From NCBI GenBank assembly GCA_902625455.1, contig CACOBL010000004.1:14064-78063 (forward strand): DNA of 64,000 bases. Direction: 5' to 3'. The translations under genes and the position numbers were made by a program. The notes beneath the pieces are model-generated. The model had not been told where the DNA came from, made no database searches, and worked only from the letters and a program-made list of their open reading frames with translations. Within the stretch, counting starts at the first letter, position 1; every line of letters begins with the position of its first letter. Shown piece by piece: positions 54,874-63,466 of the stretch. Source of the stretch: an uncultured Candidatus Actinomarina sp. (lineage in GTDB: Bacteria > Actinomycetota > Acidimicrobiia > Actinomarinales > Actinomarinaceae).

Positions 54874-55902
54874 TTACTTTCTATTTGAGATAATTGTTCC
54901 AAGAACCCCTTGTACGGTAGCGGCAACAGGCAGGGCTAAGATTGCCCCAACTCCACCAAGTGTATACGCACCAAAGAGTGTAGAAAATACTGCTACAGCT
55001 GGATGAATCTCCATTGTTGATTTTGTAACTCTAGGACTTATAAAATAGTTTTCAATTATTTGATATATCAATAGAACTAAAATTGTTGAGAGAATGGATG
55101 TTGTGCCTAAAGATATAGAAGCTATAAAAGGTACCAGCCCTCCTAGAAAAGTGCCTACAACTGGAATTAATTGAGACAAAATACCTGCAGAGACGCCAAG
55201 TGCAATAGGTGAAGGTAAGCCAACTAGTAAAAAAGCTACTGACAAAACAATACTTGCCAGTACACCTAATATAAACTTAGCTACAATAAAACCTCCGGCT
55301 TTAGATACACCAATTGTCCACACTTGATCTATTGATGTAGAAATATTACTAGGCAAAGATTCTTTGAGCTTTACTCTCCATCCGTCACCCTCACTAATCA
55401 AATAATAAGTAAAAAAGAAAATTATAAAAATATGACCCAAGGTCCTCAATAACCCCTGGCCTGCAAAAACAACACTGGAACCGACCGTACTCCCATAATC
55501 TTTTATAAGAGCATCGAACTGTGACTCTAAATCAGTAGCTTGAATAGAAACCGTGAATCCTTCAACATTAAGCCATCCAATAAAATTATCAAAATACGCT
55601 GGTATTTGTGAAGACAAAAAATAAATTTCTTGAACCATTATTGGAATAATTGAAAAGAAAGCTGCACCAATAACTAAAAGAATTACAGAAAGTGAAATTA
55701 ATGCTGCTAACTTTCTTCCTACTTTTTTTGATAATCTATAAACAACCGGCTCAGCAAGGGCAGCTAAGACAACTGCTACAAATAGGTCAAAAATTAATGA
55801 CTTAACACGTAAAAATATAAGAACAGAAATAGAAATAAGTAAAATATACAAAAATGCTCTGTTTAGAAGCTCTTGTCTGGTTTCGCCTTTTGGAAGATTC
55901 AC
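54874..55902 (-). CDS. AI-2E family (UPF0118/PerM-like) transporter
   Basis: 342 aa, about 8 TM, with a Gly-rich C-terminal half typical of PF01594 members. Confidence 0.55.
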   Translation of the reverse strand: MNLPKGETRQELLNRAFLYILLISISVLIFLRVKSLIFDLFVAVVLAALAEPVVYRLSKKVGRKLAALISLSVILLVIGAAFFSIIPIMVQEIYFLSSQIPAYFDNFIGWLNVEGFTVSIQATDLESQFDALIKDYGSTVGSSVVFAGQGLLRTLGHIFIIFFFTYYLISEGDGWRVKLKESLPSNISTSIDQVWTIGVSKAGGFIVAKFILGVLASIVLSVAFLLVGLPSPIALGVSAGILSQLIPVVGTFLGGLVPFIASISLGTTSILSTILVLLIYQIIENYFISPRVTKSTMEIHPAVAVFSTLFGAYTLGGVGAILALPVAATVQGVLGTIISNRK

Positions 55903-55904
55903 AA

Positions 55905-57467
55905 TTATTTGACCTTAGTTTGTATTTTATAGTTACGTTTTTGAAGTAATAAAACAATAAAAAACAAAATTAGAAACAAATTAAACCCATATTCAAAATA
56001 AGTAATACTTTCATTAATAATTAACCTGCTGAACAGTGAAGATAACGTGAACAATATAGATACAAATATTATTCTTTTTTTATACGTTAAACCTCTGACA
56101 GTAACATTTAATAAAAGTATTCCAGTAATAATTCGACCCATTCCTTCAAATGTATTACTTCTCATAAAATAAAATTCACGTAAATTAAAAAAACCATTTT
56201 GACCAATTCCGCCTAGAGTCAAGTGAACTATCCCTAAAAGAATCAGTAATGCAGATACCCATGCAAGACTAAAATTTCCCATAGAAAATCTTGCCTTAAT
56301 AGGTGTAGGCCATGGTTGCAAAGGATTTACCCTTTTAAGTAAATTCGAAGATAATCTAAATATTGATCTTTCATAATTACCAAATACTAATGTTGCAGCT
56401 AATAAATAAAACAAACCAACATAAACTGGTAAAGCAAATAAGTATATTGAAAGAACAACAATTAAATGCCATAAATAAATTGTGTAAATATTTGAATGTA
56501 AAAAGGAAAATATCCTCCAAAAATATTTGTAGTGAAGAAGCTTTTCTAAAATATTTTTAAAACTAAATAATAAACTTAAAAGAGCAATAGAAGCTATAAA
56601 GTAAACAGTTGTCGGAGGATCTTCATTATTTAGATCAGATAATCTATAACTTGAAAATGAGAGAAATAATTTATTTATATAAAGCTGATAATACAAATAA
56701 CCATAAGAAAAAATAGCTACTGAGGGGAAAATATTTTTATTTATAAGTTGTAATTTTCCATCTGCGTAGAAATAACCAATCTGATGAATAGCTAGCCAAA
56801 AAAATAAATAGTTAAATATTTTTAAATAAGCAAAATTAATTGGAAAGTTGAGTGAGTCTATGAGAATTATTAAGGTTATAAATATAGTTATACCTAAATA
56901 CGGATATTTTTTATGAATATAAATTGTAAATGGTGCAAACATAACCATCACTAAATAAATAGATACCATCCATAGAGGCCATAGAGAAAATTCTACTGAA
57001 GAAATTACTCCATCTTCAAAGGTTGTTAGGAAATCTGGAATCATATTTAGGTTTAAAAGAATATTTAATGATGCAGTTATAACAATTACCCAAACAAGAA
57101 CTGGGCCAATCAAGGCATTTATTCTATCAACTAAATAATTCCACTGACTACCATCTCTACCTACATTTGAGTACCAAGCTATTAAATTACTAAATCCCAT
57201 AGCAAACATAAATAATGACATACCTACTGTGAACCATGAAATTGTCATAAATGAATCTGAGCTTGTTGATAAATTAGAGATTATAAATTCACCACCAGAT
57301 TTTTTAACACCTAAAAAAATAAATGAGTTAATTATTAATAAAAGCAATCCTAATGTTTTTACAAAGTCGATAAATCTTTCTCTTGAAATAGAAGTATTTT
57401 CAGTTTCAGTCATAACTGATCTAAAAGAATTTATATTTGGAAAAAACAATTTAATTATTTCTATCAC
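55905..57467 (-). CDS. Large polytopic membrane protein (possible acyltransferase-3 family)
   Basis: 520 aa with at least 10 predicted TM segments. RERFIDFVKTLGLLLL resembles the AT3 N-terminal R-x3-D-x2-R/K motif, but the conserved His is not evident. Confidence 0.35.
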   Translation of the reverse strand: MIEIIKLFFPNINSFRSVMTETENTSISRERFIDFVKTLGLLLLIINSFIFLGVKKSGGEFIISNLSTSSDSFMTISWFTVGMSLFMFAMGFSNLIAWYSNVGRDGSQWNYLVDRINALIGPVLVWVIVITASLNILLNLNMIPDFLTTFEDGVISSVEFSLWPLWMVSIYLVMVMFAPFTIYIHKKYPYLGITIFITLIILIDSLNFPINFAYLKIFNYLFFWLAIHQIGYFYADGKLQLINKNIFPSVAIFSYGYLYYQLYINKLFLSFSSYRLSDLNNEDPPTTVYFIASIALLSLLFSFKNILEKLLHYKYFWRIFSFLHSNIYTIYLWHLIVVLSIYLFALPVYVGLFYLLAATLVFGNYERSIFRLSSNLLKRVNPLQPWPTPIKARFSMGNFSLAWVSALLILLGIVHLTLGGIGQNGFFNLREFYFMRSNTFEGMGRIITGILLLNVTVRGLTYKKRIIFVSILFTLSSLFSRLIINESITYFEYGFNLFLILFFIVLLLQKRNYKIQTKVK

Positions 57468-57517
57468 ATAAATATTTTACATATCTCAAGCGACTTAAAT
57501 AAGAATATAATTAGATA

Positions 57518-57961
57518 ATGGAAATAGTCGTTTATCAACCCGAAATAGCTGGAAATGTTGGCGCAATTATACGACTATCTGCAAATTCAGGAATTCCTGT
57601 TAATTTTATTAAACCTTTTGGTTTCAATATGCAAGAAAACAAAATACGAAGAGCAGGTCTAGATTATCAAGATTTAGCATTTGTTAATAATTTTGAAAGT
57701 TGGAATGAATTTTTTAAGATAAATAAAAATAAATCAATTGCATGTCTCACATCTAAAGGAGAAAAAGAATACTGGAACGAAGATTTGAATAATTTTGATT
57801 TTTTACTATTTGGTCCTGAGTCGGTTGGGCTTCCAGATAAATTAAGAGAGCAATATGAAAATTTAACAATACCTATGAAAAATAAATCAAGAAGTATAAA
57901 CTTAGCAAATTCTGTTGGCATTGTTATGTTTGAATCAATTAGACAAGCTAATGTTAAGTAA
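57518..57961 (+). CDS. trmL: tRNA (cytidine/uridine-2'-O)-methyltransferase TrmL (SpoU/TrmH family)
   Basis: MEIVVYQPEIAGNVGAIIRLSANSGIPVNFI and a C-terminal SPOUT knot (LLFGPESVGLP...NLANSVGIVMFE). Confidence 0.8.
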   Translation: MEIVVYQPEIAGNVGAIIRLSANSGIPVNFIKPFGFNMQENKIRRAGLDYQDLAFVNNFESWNEFFKINKNKSIACLTSKGEKEYWNEDLNNFDFLLFGPESVGLPDKLREQYENLTIPMKNKSRSINLANSVGIVMFESIRQANVK

Positions 57962-58316
57962 ATTAATTCTAGTATTTGTAGGAGGAGGTTTAGGATCTAG
58001 TCTTAGATATTTTGTTAATATATATTCTCAAGAATTAAATTACTCACAAAGTGGTACTGTGTTTGTAAATGTATTTGGGTCGTTTTTATTTGGATTAATT
58101 TTTGTAATTTTAGGTAACAAAACATCATTTATGAACATTTTTTTACTGACAGGTGTTCTAGGAGGATTTACTACCTTTTCTCAATTTTCATTTGATGTTA
58201 TTCAATTACAAAATAGTAGTAATTTAATTTCTATTATGTATGTCCTTTTTTCTTTGTTTCTTTCAATACTCGCATTATGTATTGGGATATACTTAGGTAA
58301 CAAAATTTTTAATTAA
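57951..58316 (+). CDS. crcB: Fluoride ion channel CrcB/FluC
   Basis: VGGGLGSSLRYF and GVLGGFTTFSQFS motifs. Preferred start ATG 57951 (MLSKL...) with an 11-nt overlap of trmL; the ORF track gives 57915. Confidence 0.8.
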   Translation: MLSKLILVFVGGGLGSSLRYFVNIYSQELNYSQSGTVFVNVFGSFLFGLIFVILGNKTSFMNIFLLTGVLGGFTTFSQFSFDVIQLQNSSNLISIMYVLFSLFLSILALCIGIYLGNKIFN

Positions 58317-58320
58317 GAAA

Positions 58321-58803
58321 ATGCCAACTTTTGACATAACATCAGAATTTAACAGTCAAGAAATTGTCAATGCTGTTGATCAAGCTTTTAGAGAAATTGT
58401 AAATAGATATGACTTTAGAAATACTGGTACAAGTATAGAATTCAATGAAAAAACAATTACACTTAAAAGTTCTACAGAAGAAAGGCTTAAAGCTGCGGAA
58501 CAAGTATTGAAAGAAAAATTTGTGAAAAGAAATGTATCAATTAAATTTTTATCAGATATAAAACTTGAAAAAACACCCTCTGAAGTCAAACATTTTTATA
58601 ATTTAAAATCTGGAATAACACAAGAAGAATCAAAAGAAATAATAAGCTTGATTAAAAAAGTTAACAAAAAAGCTCAATGTGCATATCAAAATCAATCAAT
58701 AAGAGTATCTGCAAAAAAAAGAGATGATTTACAAGAAATTATTCAGTTATTAAAAGATTCAGACATAGATACACCAATAAATTTTGGAAATTTTAGAGAT
58801 TAA
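58321..58803 (+). CDS. yajQ: YajQ-family nucleotide-binding protein (UPF0234)
   Basis: MPTFDITSEFNSQEIVNAVDQAFREIVNRYDFR is the canonical YajQ N-terminus. 160 aa. Confidence 0.85.
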   Translation: MPTFDITSEFNSQEIVNAVDQAFREIVNRYDFRNTGTSIEFNEKTITLKSSTEERLKAAEQVLKEKFVKRNVSIKFLSDIKLEKTPSEVKHFYNLKSGITQEESKEIISLIKKVNKKAQCAYQNQSIRVSAKKRDDLQEIIQLLKDSDIDTPINFGNFRD

Positions 58804-59011
58804 ATCTTGGTTTTAACTTTTTAAAAATTAAACGAGAGAATAAAAAACTAAATATTAAAAATAAAATTGTGAATAATAGGCCATCTTCATATGAAGTAGT
58901 TAGAAAATACGAAATAATTAATACTGCTGCTCCATAGATAGCCCTAAATATTGAGAAGAGAATAAAAGTTTTAAAAAATTTATGCTCAATTAAATTCTTT
59001 ATTAATTGCAT
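58793..59011 (-). CDS. Hypothetical 72-aa two-TM membrane protein
   Basis: Last gene of a minus-strand operon; its start overlaps the upstream gene's stop (ATGA-type junction). Hydrophobic. Confidence 0.3.
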   Translation of the reverse strand: MQLIKNLIEHKFFKTFILFSIFRAIYGAAVLIISYFLTTSYEDGLLFTILFLIFSFLFSRLIFKKLKPRFNL

Positions 59012-59310
59012 TAAAATTTGTTTCTAAACTTTGAAATAATTTTATAGACATTATCTCTGATAATTTTAGGAAAAATTTTAAGTACTTTAATCGTTACGTA
59101 TATTCCACCTAAATCACTTATAGAGTTAATTACGGCATCAGAATAATAAAATCTGTCTCCATTTTTTTCGTACACTAAAGTATCGAGATTAATTTCATGA
59201 GATGATAAATTAGCTTGAAATTTTATATCAAGACTTTTATTTTTATTTGATATCCAATTTCCATAAGAAGTACATAAATTACACTCCTCATCAATATATA
59301 CCTTATTCAT
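59011..59310 (-). CDS. Thiol-disulfide oxidoreductase DCC (DUF393) family protein
   Basis: N-terminal [17 protein letters not shown] matches the DCC CxxC motif placement. 99 aa. Confidence 0.5.
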   Translation of the reverse strand: MNKVYIDEECNLCTSYGNWISNKNKSLDIKFQANLSSHEINLDTLVYEKNGDRFYYSDAVINSISDLGGIYVTIKVLKIFPKIIRDNVYKIISKFRNKF

Positions 59311-59674
59311 TTGTTATAAAATCCATACTTAAAGAATTTACACAATAACGCTCGCCTGTTGGTTGCGGACCGTCCGGAAAAACGTGACCTAAGTGTGCTT
59401 CGCAAGCACCGCATGTGATTTCAATTCTTGTCATCCCAAAAGAACGATCTTCTTTTCTATTAATTTTATTTTCTATTGATGCAAAAAAACTTGGCCACCC
59501 TGAATGAGAATCATATTTTGTGTCTGAATTAAATAACTCTGCTTTGCAAACTATACATATGTATATTCCATTTCTTTTTTCATTCAATAGTTTTCCAGAA
59601 AAAGGTGGCTCCGTTCCACAATTTTGAGTGACTTCATATTCTTCTTTACTTAAATGATTGGTATTAAAATCCAT
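59303..59674 (-). CDS. msrB: Peptide-methionine (R)-S-oxide reductase
   Basis: Two CxxC zinc motifs plus the catalytic region HSGWPSF...[17 protein letters not shown]. Confidence 0.9.
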   Translation of the reverse strand: MDFNTNHLSKEEYEVTQNCGTEPPFSGKLLNEKRNGIYICIVCKAELFNSDTKYDSHSGWPSFFASIENKINRKEDRSFGMTRIEITCGACEAHLGHVFPDGPQPTGERYCVNSLSMDFITNE

Positions 59675-59687
59675 AACTTATTTTAAA

Positions 59688-60602
59688 TCAAATAGGATTA
59701 AAGTATATTTCTGTTATTTCTTGAAAATCTGTAGATATTTGATTTTTTAAAGATAAATTTATTTCAACTATTTCATTATCAGAAGTTGAATCAACATAAT
59801 CAACATTACATAAAGCCAAATATTTATTTGCTCCTATGGATACTACTTTTAAGGACTCTACACTATTTACAAATTCATTGGTTTCGATTAATTTGATTAC
59901 CTTATCTTTTGTTTGAATGTTAATAGTTTCACCAGTAATTAGATGTTTCATTTCATAGCCTAAAAATAATCCTGACAACATTAGCAATAAACCTATCATT
60001 ATGGAACTGACAGCATCAAAAATTGGATTACCTGTAACATTTGCAAGAATTGAACCAATAAGTGCAATGCCAAGACCAAGAGTTGCAGCAAAATCTTCTA
60101 CTACTATTGCTATTAATGGACCATCTGTTGATTTTTTAAGTAACTTAAAAACTGGCAAATTTTTATCAACTGCTTTACTGCGTAATTCTTTAACAGCTTT
60201 GTACAAAACATAGAGTTCTAAAATGATAGATACTGATAATACAATTATTGAGATAAATAAATTTTTCAATTCTTTTGGATGAGACAAAGCTTCAATTCCA
60301 TGTTCTAATGAAACTAATCCACCGATAGTAAAAATTAAAACAGCGACGACTAATGTCCAAAAATATTCTTCTTTTCCTCTTCCTAGAGGATAAATTAATT
60401 TATTTGGTTTTTTTGATTGCTTTATTCCAAACCATAAAATAAATTGATTACCTGAATCAACATATGAATGGACTGCCTCTGAAAACATTGCGGATGAAGA
60501 TGTTATTATTGCAATAACTGTTTTGATACCTGCAATGAAGAAATTAACAGAAAAAGCTAAGAATACTGTTTTTGAAGAATCGTTAGAAGCCATTTTCTTC
60601 AA
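59688..60602 (-). CDS. Cation-diffusion-facilitator (CDF) family metal transporter
   Basis: Six TM helices with a conserved HSYVDSGNQ segment in TM2 and a C-terminal cytoplasmic domain. Confidence 0.8.
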   Translation of the reverse strand: MKKMASNDSSKTVFLAFSVNFFIAGIKTVIAIITSSSAMFSEAVHSYVDSGNQFILWFGIKQSKKPNKLIYPLGRGKEEYFWTLVVAVLIFTIGGLVSLEHGIEALSHPKELKNLFISIIVLSVSIILELYVLYKAVKELRSKAVDKNLPVFKLLKKSTDGPLIAIVVEDFAATLGLGIALIGSILANVTGNPIFDAVSSIMIGLLLMLSGLFLGYEMKHLITGETINIQTKDKVIKLIETNEFVNSVESLKVVSIGANKYLALCNVDYVDSTSDNEIVEINLSLKNQISTDFQEITEIYFNPI

Positions 60603-60819
60603 ACCATGTAACTAATTGGGGAAATCCTCCGATTCGTACTTCATCTACATATATTTGAGGTACTGTACTAACGCCATTACCTACTTTTTTATAAAATTTT
60701 TGACGTTCATCATCATTAGATAAGTCGATTTCATCAAATGGGATATTTACAGAGTTAAGTAAATTTTTTGCACGATCACACCAAATACAATTATCTTTGG
60801 AGTAAACAGTAATATTCAA
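60583..60819 (-). CDS. Glutaredoxin-like protein
   Basis: CIWC active site (CxxC) in a thioredoxin fold plus a TVPQIY cis-Pro motif. 78 aa. Confidence 0.75.
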   Translation of the reverse strand: MNITVYSKDNCIWCDRAKNLLNSVNIPFDEIDLSNDDERQKFYKKVGNGVSTVPQIYVDEVRIGGFPQLVTWFEENGF

Positions 60820-61862
60820 CTATTTTCACTTCCTGTAAATATTTCATTTGTTGTTTGAGTTACTCTAATAAAAGTTGTACTTTTCGGTAAATCTTTGAGT
60901 TTTTTTGCACCTACATAAGAACACGCTGAACGCATACCGCCCAGTATCGATTGAATAGTTTTATCTAAATCACCTTTATATTTTAATCTAACCTTTTTTC
61001 CTTCTGGTGCTCTATGGTCAGCTAAATCACCATAATATGTTTGTTGTGCTTTTGTTGAAGACATGCCATAAAAATCCTTGTACTGAACTCCATTTTCATC
61101 AGTAACCAATTCACCACCAGACTCTTTATGTCCTGCAAACATGCCACCAAGCATTACGTAATCAGCTCCTGCACCAAAAGCCTTGGATATATCACCAGGA
61201 TACTTACAGCCGCCATCAGCCATTACATGTCCACCTAAACCATGAGCCGCGTCGGAACATTCTGAAATTGAGGATAGCTGTGGATATCCCACCCCTGCTA
61301 TGCTCCTTGTAGTACACACTGACCCCGGTCCGATACCTATTTTTACTACATCTGCTCCAGCCAATATTAATGCTTCGGTCATTTCTCTAGTTGCTACATT
61401 TCCAGCAATAATAATTTTATCGGGAAAAGTTTCTCTGTAATTTTTTACAGAATTTATAAAATCTTCCCTGTAGCCATTAGCAACGTCAATGCATAAATAT
61501 TTTATTTCATTATCGAGTGAAAATATTTTTTTGCCAAGATCTAAATCTTCTTTTGATTGTCCTACAGTAACCGCTACGAAGTTTGCATCAAGGTTTTCAA
61601 TATTTTTTTCCCAGTCTTTAATTGAATAAAACTTATGTATTGCAGTTAACATTTTATGTTTTTGAAGTGTAATAGCAGTTTCAAATGTACCAGTGGTATC
61701 CATATTTGCCGAGAATATAGGTATCCCAGTCCAAGTTTCATCTGTATGCTTAAATTTAAATTGACGCTCTAGTACAACCTCTGACCTAGAAACTAGTGTG
61801 CTTCTTTTTGGTCTAATAAGAACGTCATCGAATGTTAATTTTATCTCATCTTCAATTCTCAT
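60816..61862 (-). CDS. guaC: GMP reductase
   Basis: Near-collinear with E. coli GuaC (MRIEDEIKLTFDDVLIRPKRSTLVSRSEVVLERQFKFKH...ANMDTTGTF). 348 aa. IMPDH/GMPR TIM barrel. Confidence 0.85.
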   Translation of the reverse strand: MRIEDEIKLTFDDVLIRPKRSTLVSRSEVVLERQFKFKHTDETWTGIPIFSANMDTTGTFETAITLQKHKMLTAIHKFYSIKDWEKNIENLDANFVAVTVGQSKEDLDLGKKIFSLDNEIKYLCIDVANGYREDFINSVKNYRETFPDKIIIAGNVATREMTEALILAGADVVKIGIGPGSVCTTRSIAGVGYPQLSSISECSDAAHGLGGHVMADGGCKYPGDISKAFGAGADYVMLGGMFAGHKESGGELVTDENGVQYKDFYGMSSTKAQQTYYGDLADHRAPEGKKVRLKYKGDLDKTIQSILGGMRSACSYVGAKKLKDLPKSTTFIRVTQTTNEIFTGSENS

Positions 61863-61899
61863 TATTTATATTTGTCCTTTATGCTAAATAACAGACATA

Positions 61900-62472
61900 A
61901 TGTTAGTTGAATTTCCGATTTTTGGTGCAGGTATTAATTATTTCCCAACCGAAATATCCGCCTTAAGAGTATTTGAACCAAGATATTTATTACTTATAGC
62001 TGATTCAATTTTAAATGAAGAAAATTTTATAGTCAGCTCAAGTCTAAGTGATAAATATGATATAGGTTCTGAAGTGCAAATTGTAGAACATCAAGATATA
62101 TCTAATGCTGAACAATTGGTAATTATTAAGTGTGTCAAATTGTACAAAATAAACACAATTGATTTAGATAGAGAATATCCATACTGTTTAGCGGAGGAAT
62201 ATACAGAAATAGGTTTACCACCTACAATTGATGAGCTTATTTCGCTTGAAAAAGATATAACAAAAGCAATAGCTAAATTAGTTGAAAATGGAATGGATAT
62301 TGAGTTGCCAAACTATATATACGACTCACAAAACAGAATTAATAAACTAAATGAGCTTTGTATTGTCATGCCAATGAGTATTAATTTGAGAAATAAAATA
62401 ATAATTGAAAATGATCTGTACAAAAAATATGAAATACTAAAAAATTATACGAAAGACATTAATGAGAATTAA
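61900..62472 (+). CDS. Lon protease N-terminal (substrate-binding, PUA-like) domain protein
   Basis: FPIFGAGINYFPTEISALRVFEPRYLLLI matches the LON N-domain signature. There is no AAA+ or protease domain. 190 aa. Confidence 0.5.
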   Translation: MLVEFPIFGAGINYFPTEISALRVFEPRYLLLIADSILNEENFIVSSSLSDKYDIGSEVQIVEHQDISNAEQLVIIKCVKLYKINTIDLDREYPYCLAEEYTEIGLPPTIDELISLEKDITKAIAKLVENGMDIELPNYIYDSQNRINKLNELCIVMPMSINLRNKIIIENDLYKKYEILKNYTKDINEN

Positions 62473-63116
62473 GTATTATTCCATAAATTATAAAAAGTTG
62501 ACATTGTTTTTTTCAGACTATTTGAATTTTTGAATAAATTTGCAGACTCTTTTTCAACATTAAAATGTAACAATTCTTTTTGTGAGATTTCACTTGAATA
62601 CCAATTTGTAAATAAATCTTTTGTAATTTCTGGGTGAAATTGTAATCCATAAGTATTTTGTATTTTAAATATTTGAGGAAATTCTGTTTCGGCAATTAAT
62701 ACAGCATCCTTTGGTAAATCAAAAGTGTCCCTATGCCAAGTAAAAACTTGCCCAGATTCAAATGTATCAGCCAAAGCATCATTCTTGATAAAATCTAAAT
62801 CTTTAAATCCAAACTCAATTTCTTTAGATAGGTATGCTTTACCGCCTGTTGAGTCAGCAATTAATTGAGCACCTAAACAAATTCCAAGTATTTTTGTATT
62901 ATTTTCAACTGCATTTTTGAGCCAATTCTTTTCTTTTTTTAAATAATCATATTTCTCATCTTCATAAGCACCCATATGACCTCCAAGAATGATGTAATTA
63001 TCATTAAAACTAAATTTTTTCCATTCGGCTTCCCAAGCATTTATGGTTTTGATTGATGATGGTAATGTTCCGAGAGTAACATCTGGGTCATTTATTATTG
63101 CAATTGTTTTATTCAT
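62469..63116 (-). CDS. Class I glutamine amidotransferase-like protein
   Basis: Catalytic Cys elbow ILGICLGAQLIA. Start trimmed to ATG 63116 (MNKTIAIIND...) because the ORF-track extension to 63158 runs into the tRNA-Leu gene. Confidence 0.7.
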   Translation of the reverse strand: MNKTIAIINDPDVTLGTLPSSIKTINAWEAEWKKFSFNDNYIILGGHMGAYEDEKYDYLKKEKNWLKNAVENNTKILGICLGAQLIADSTGGKAYLSKEIEFGFKDLDFIKNDALADTFESGQVFTWHRDTFDLPKDAVLIAETEFPQIFKIQNTYGLQFHPEITKDLFTNWYSSEISQKELLHFNVEKESANLFKNSNSLKKTMSTFYNLWNNT

Positions 63117-63131
63117 TTTTTTTATAGTTTG

Positions 63132-63215
63132 TGCGCGGAAGAGGACTCGAACCTCCACGGGTTTTACCCCACAGGATCCTTAATCCTGCGCGTCTACCAG
63201 TTCCGCCACCCGCGC
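63132..63215 (-). tRNA. tRNA-Leu (type II, long variable arm), anticodon read as AAG
   Basis: Minus-strand sequence GCGCGGGTGGCGGAACTGGTAGACGCGCAGGATTAAGGATCCTGTGGGGTAAAACCCGTGGAGGTTCGAGTCCTCTTCCGCGCA. Acceptor 7 bp. Anticodon stem CAGGA/TCCTG with loop TTAAGGA. Variable-arm hairpin GTGGGGTAAAACCCGTG. T-loop TTCGAGT. CCA is not encoded. secG-tRNA-Leu adjacency is conserved in actinobacteria. Confidence 0.8.
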
Positions 63216-63219
63216 AAAC

Positions 63220-63456
63220 TCAATCAAGAAACCAAAATAAAGATAGTGTTGTAGCTGCAAACAAGACTGCAACAATAGCAGTAATTCTACTTAGGTTTCT
63301 TTCAGCTAATGTCTGACCAATGTTTCCAGAGGATCCAGGGCCTCCTAACATATCAGAGAGACCTCCACCCTTACCACTGTTTAATAAAACGAGTGCTACG
63401 AGTGCAATAGAAATAATTATGTGAACAGTTATCAATATCGCGGTTATTGTATCCAT
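63220..63456 (-). CDS. secG: Preprotein translocase subunit SecG
   Basis: 78 aa with two TM helices and a Gly-rich loop (LNSGKGGGLSDMLGGPGSSG). Confidence 0.85.
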   Translation of the reverse strand: MDTITAILITVHIIISIALVALVLLNSGKGGGLSDMLGGPGSSGNIGQTLAERNLSRITAIVAVLFAATTLSLFWFLD

Positions 63457-63466
63457 AAACTAAAGA

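Noticed and set aside
63131-63316. 61-aa plus-strand ORF and the N-terminal 14 codons of the GATase ORF (to 63158)
   Set aside because: Both are translations across the tRNA-Leu gene (63132-63215). The GATase start was moved to ATG 63116.
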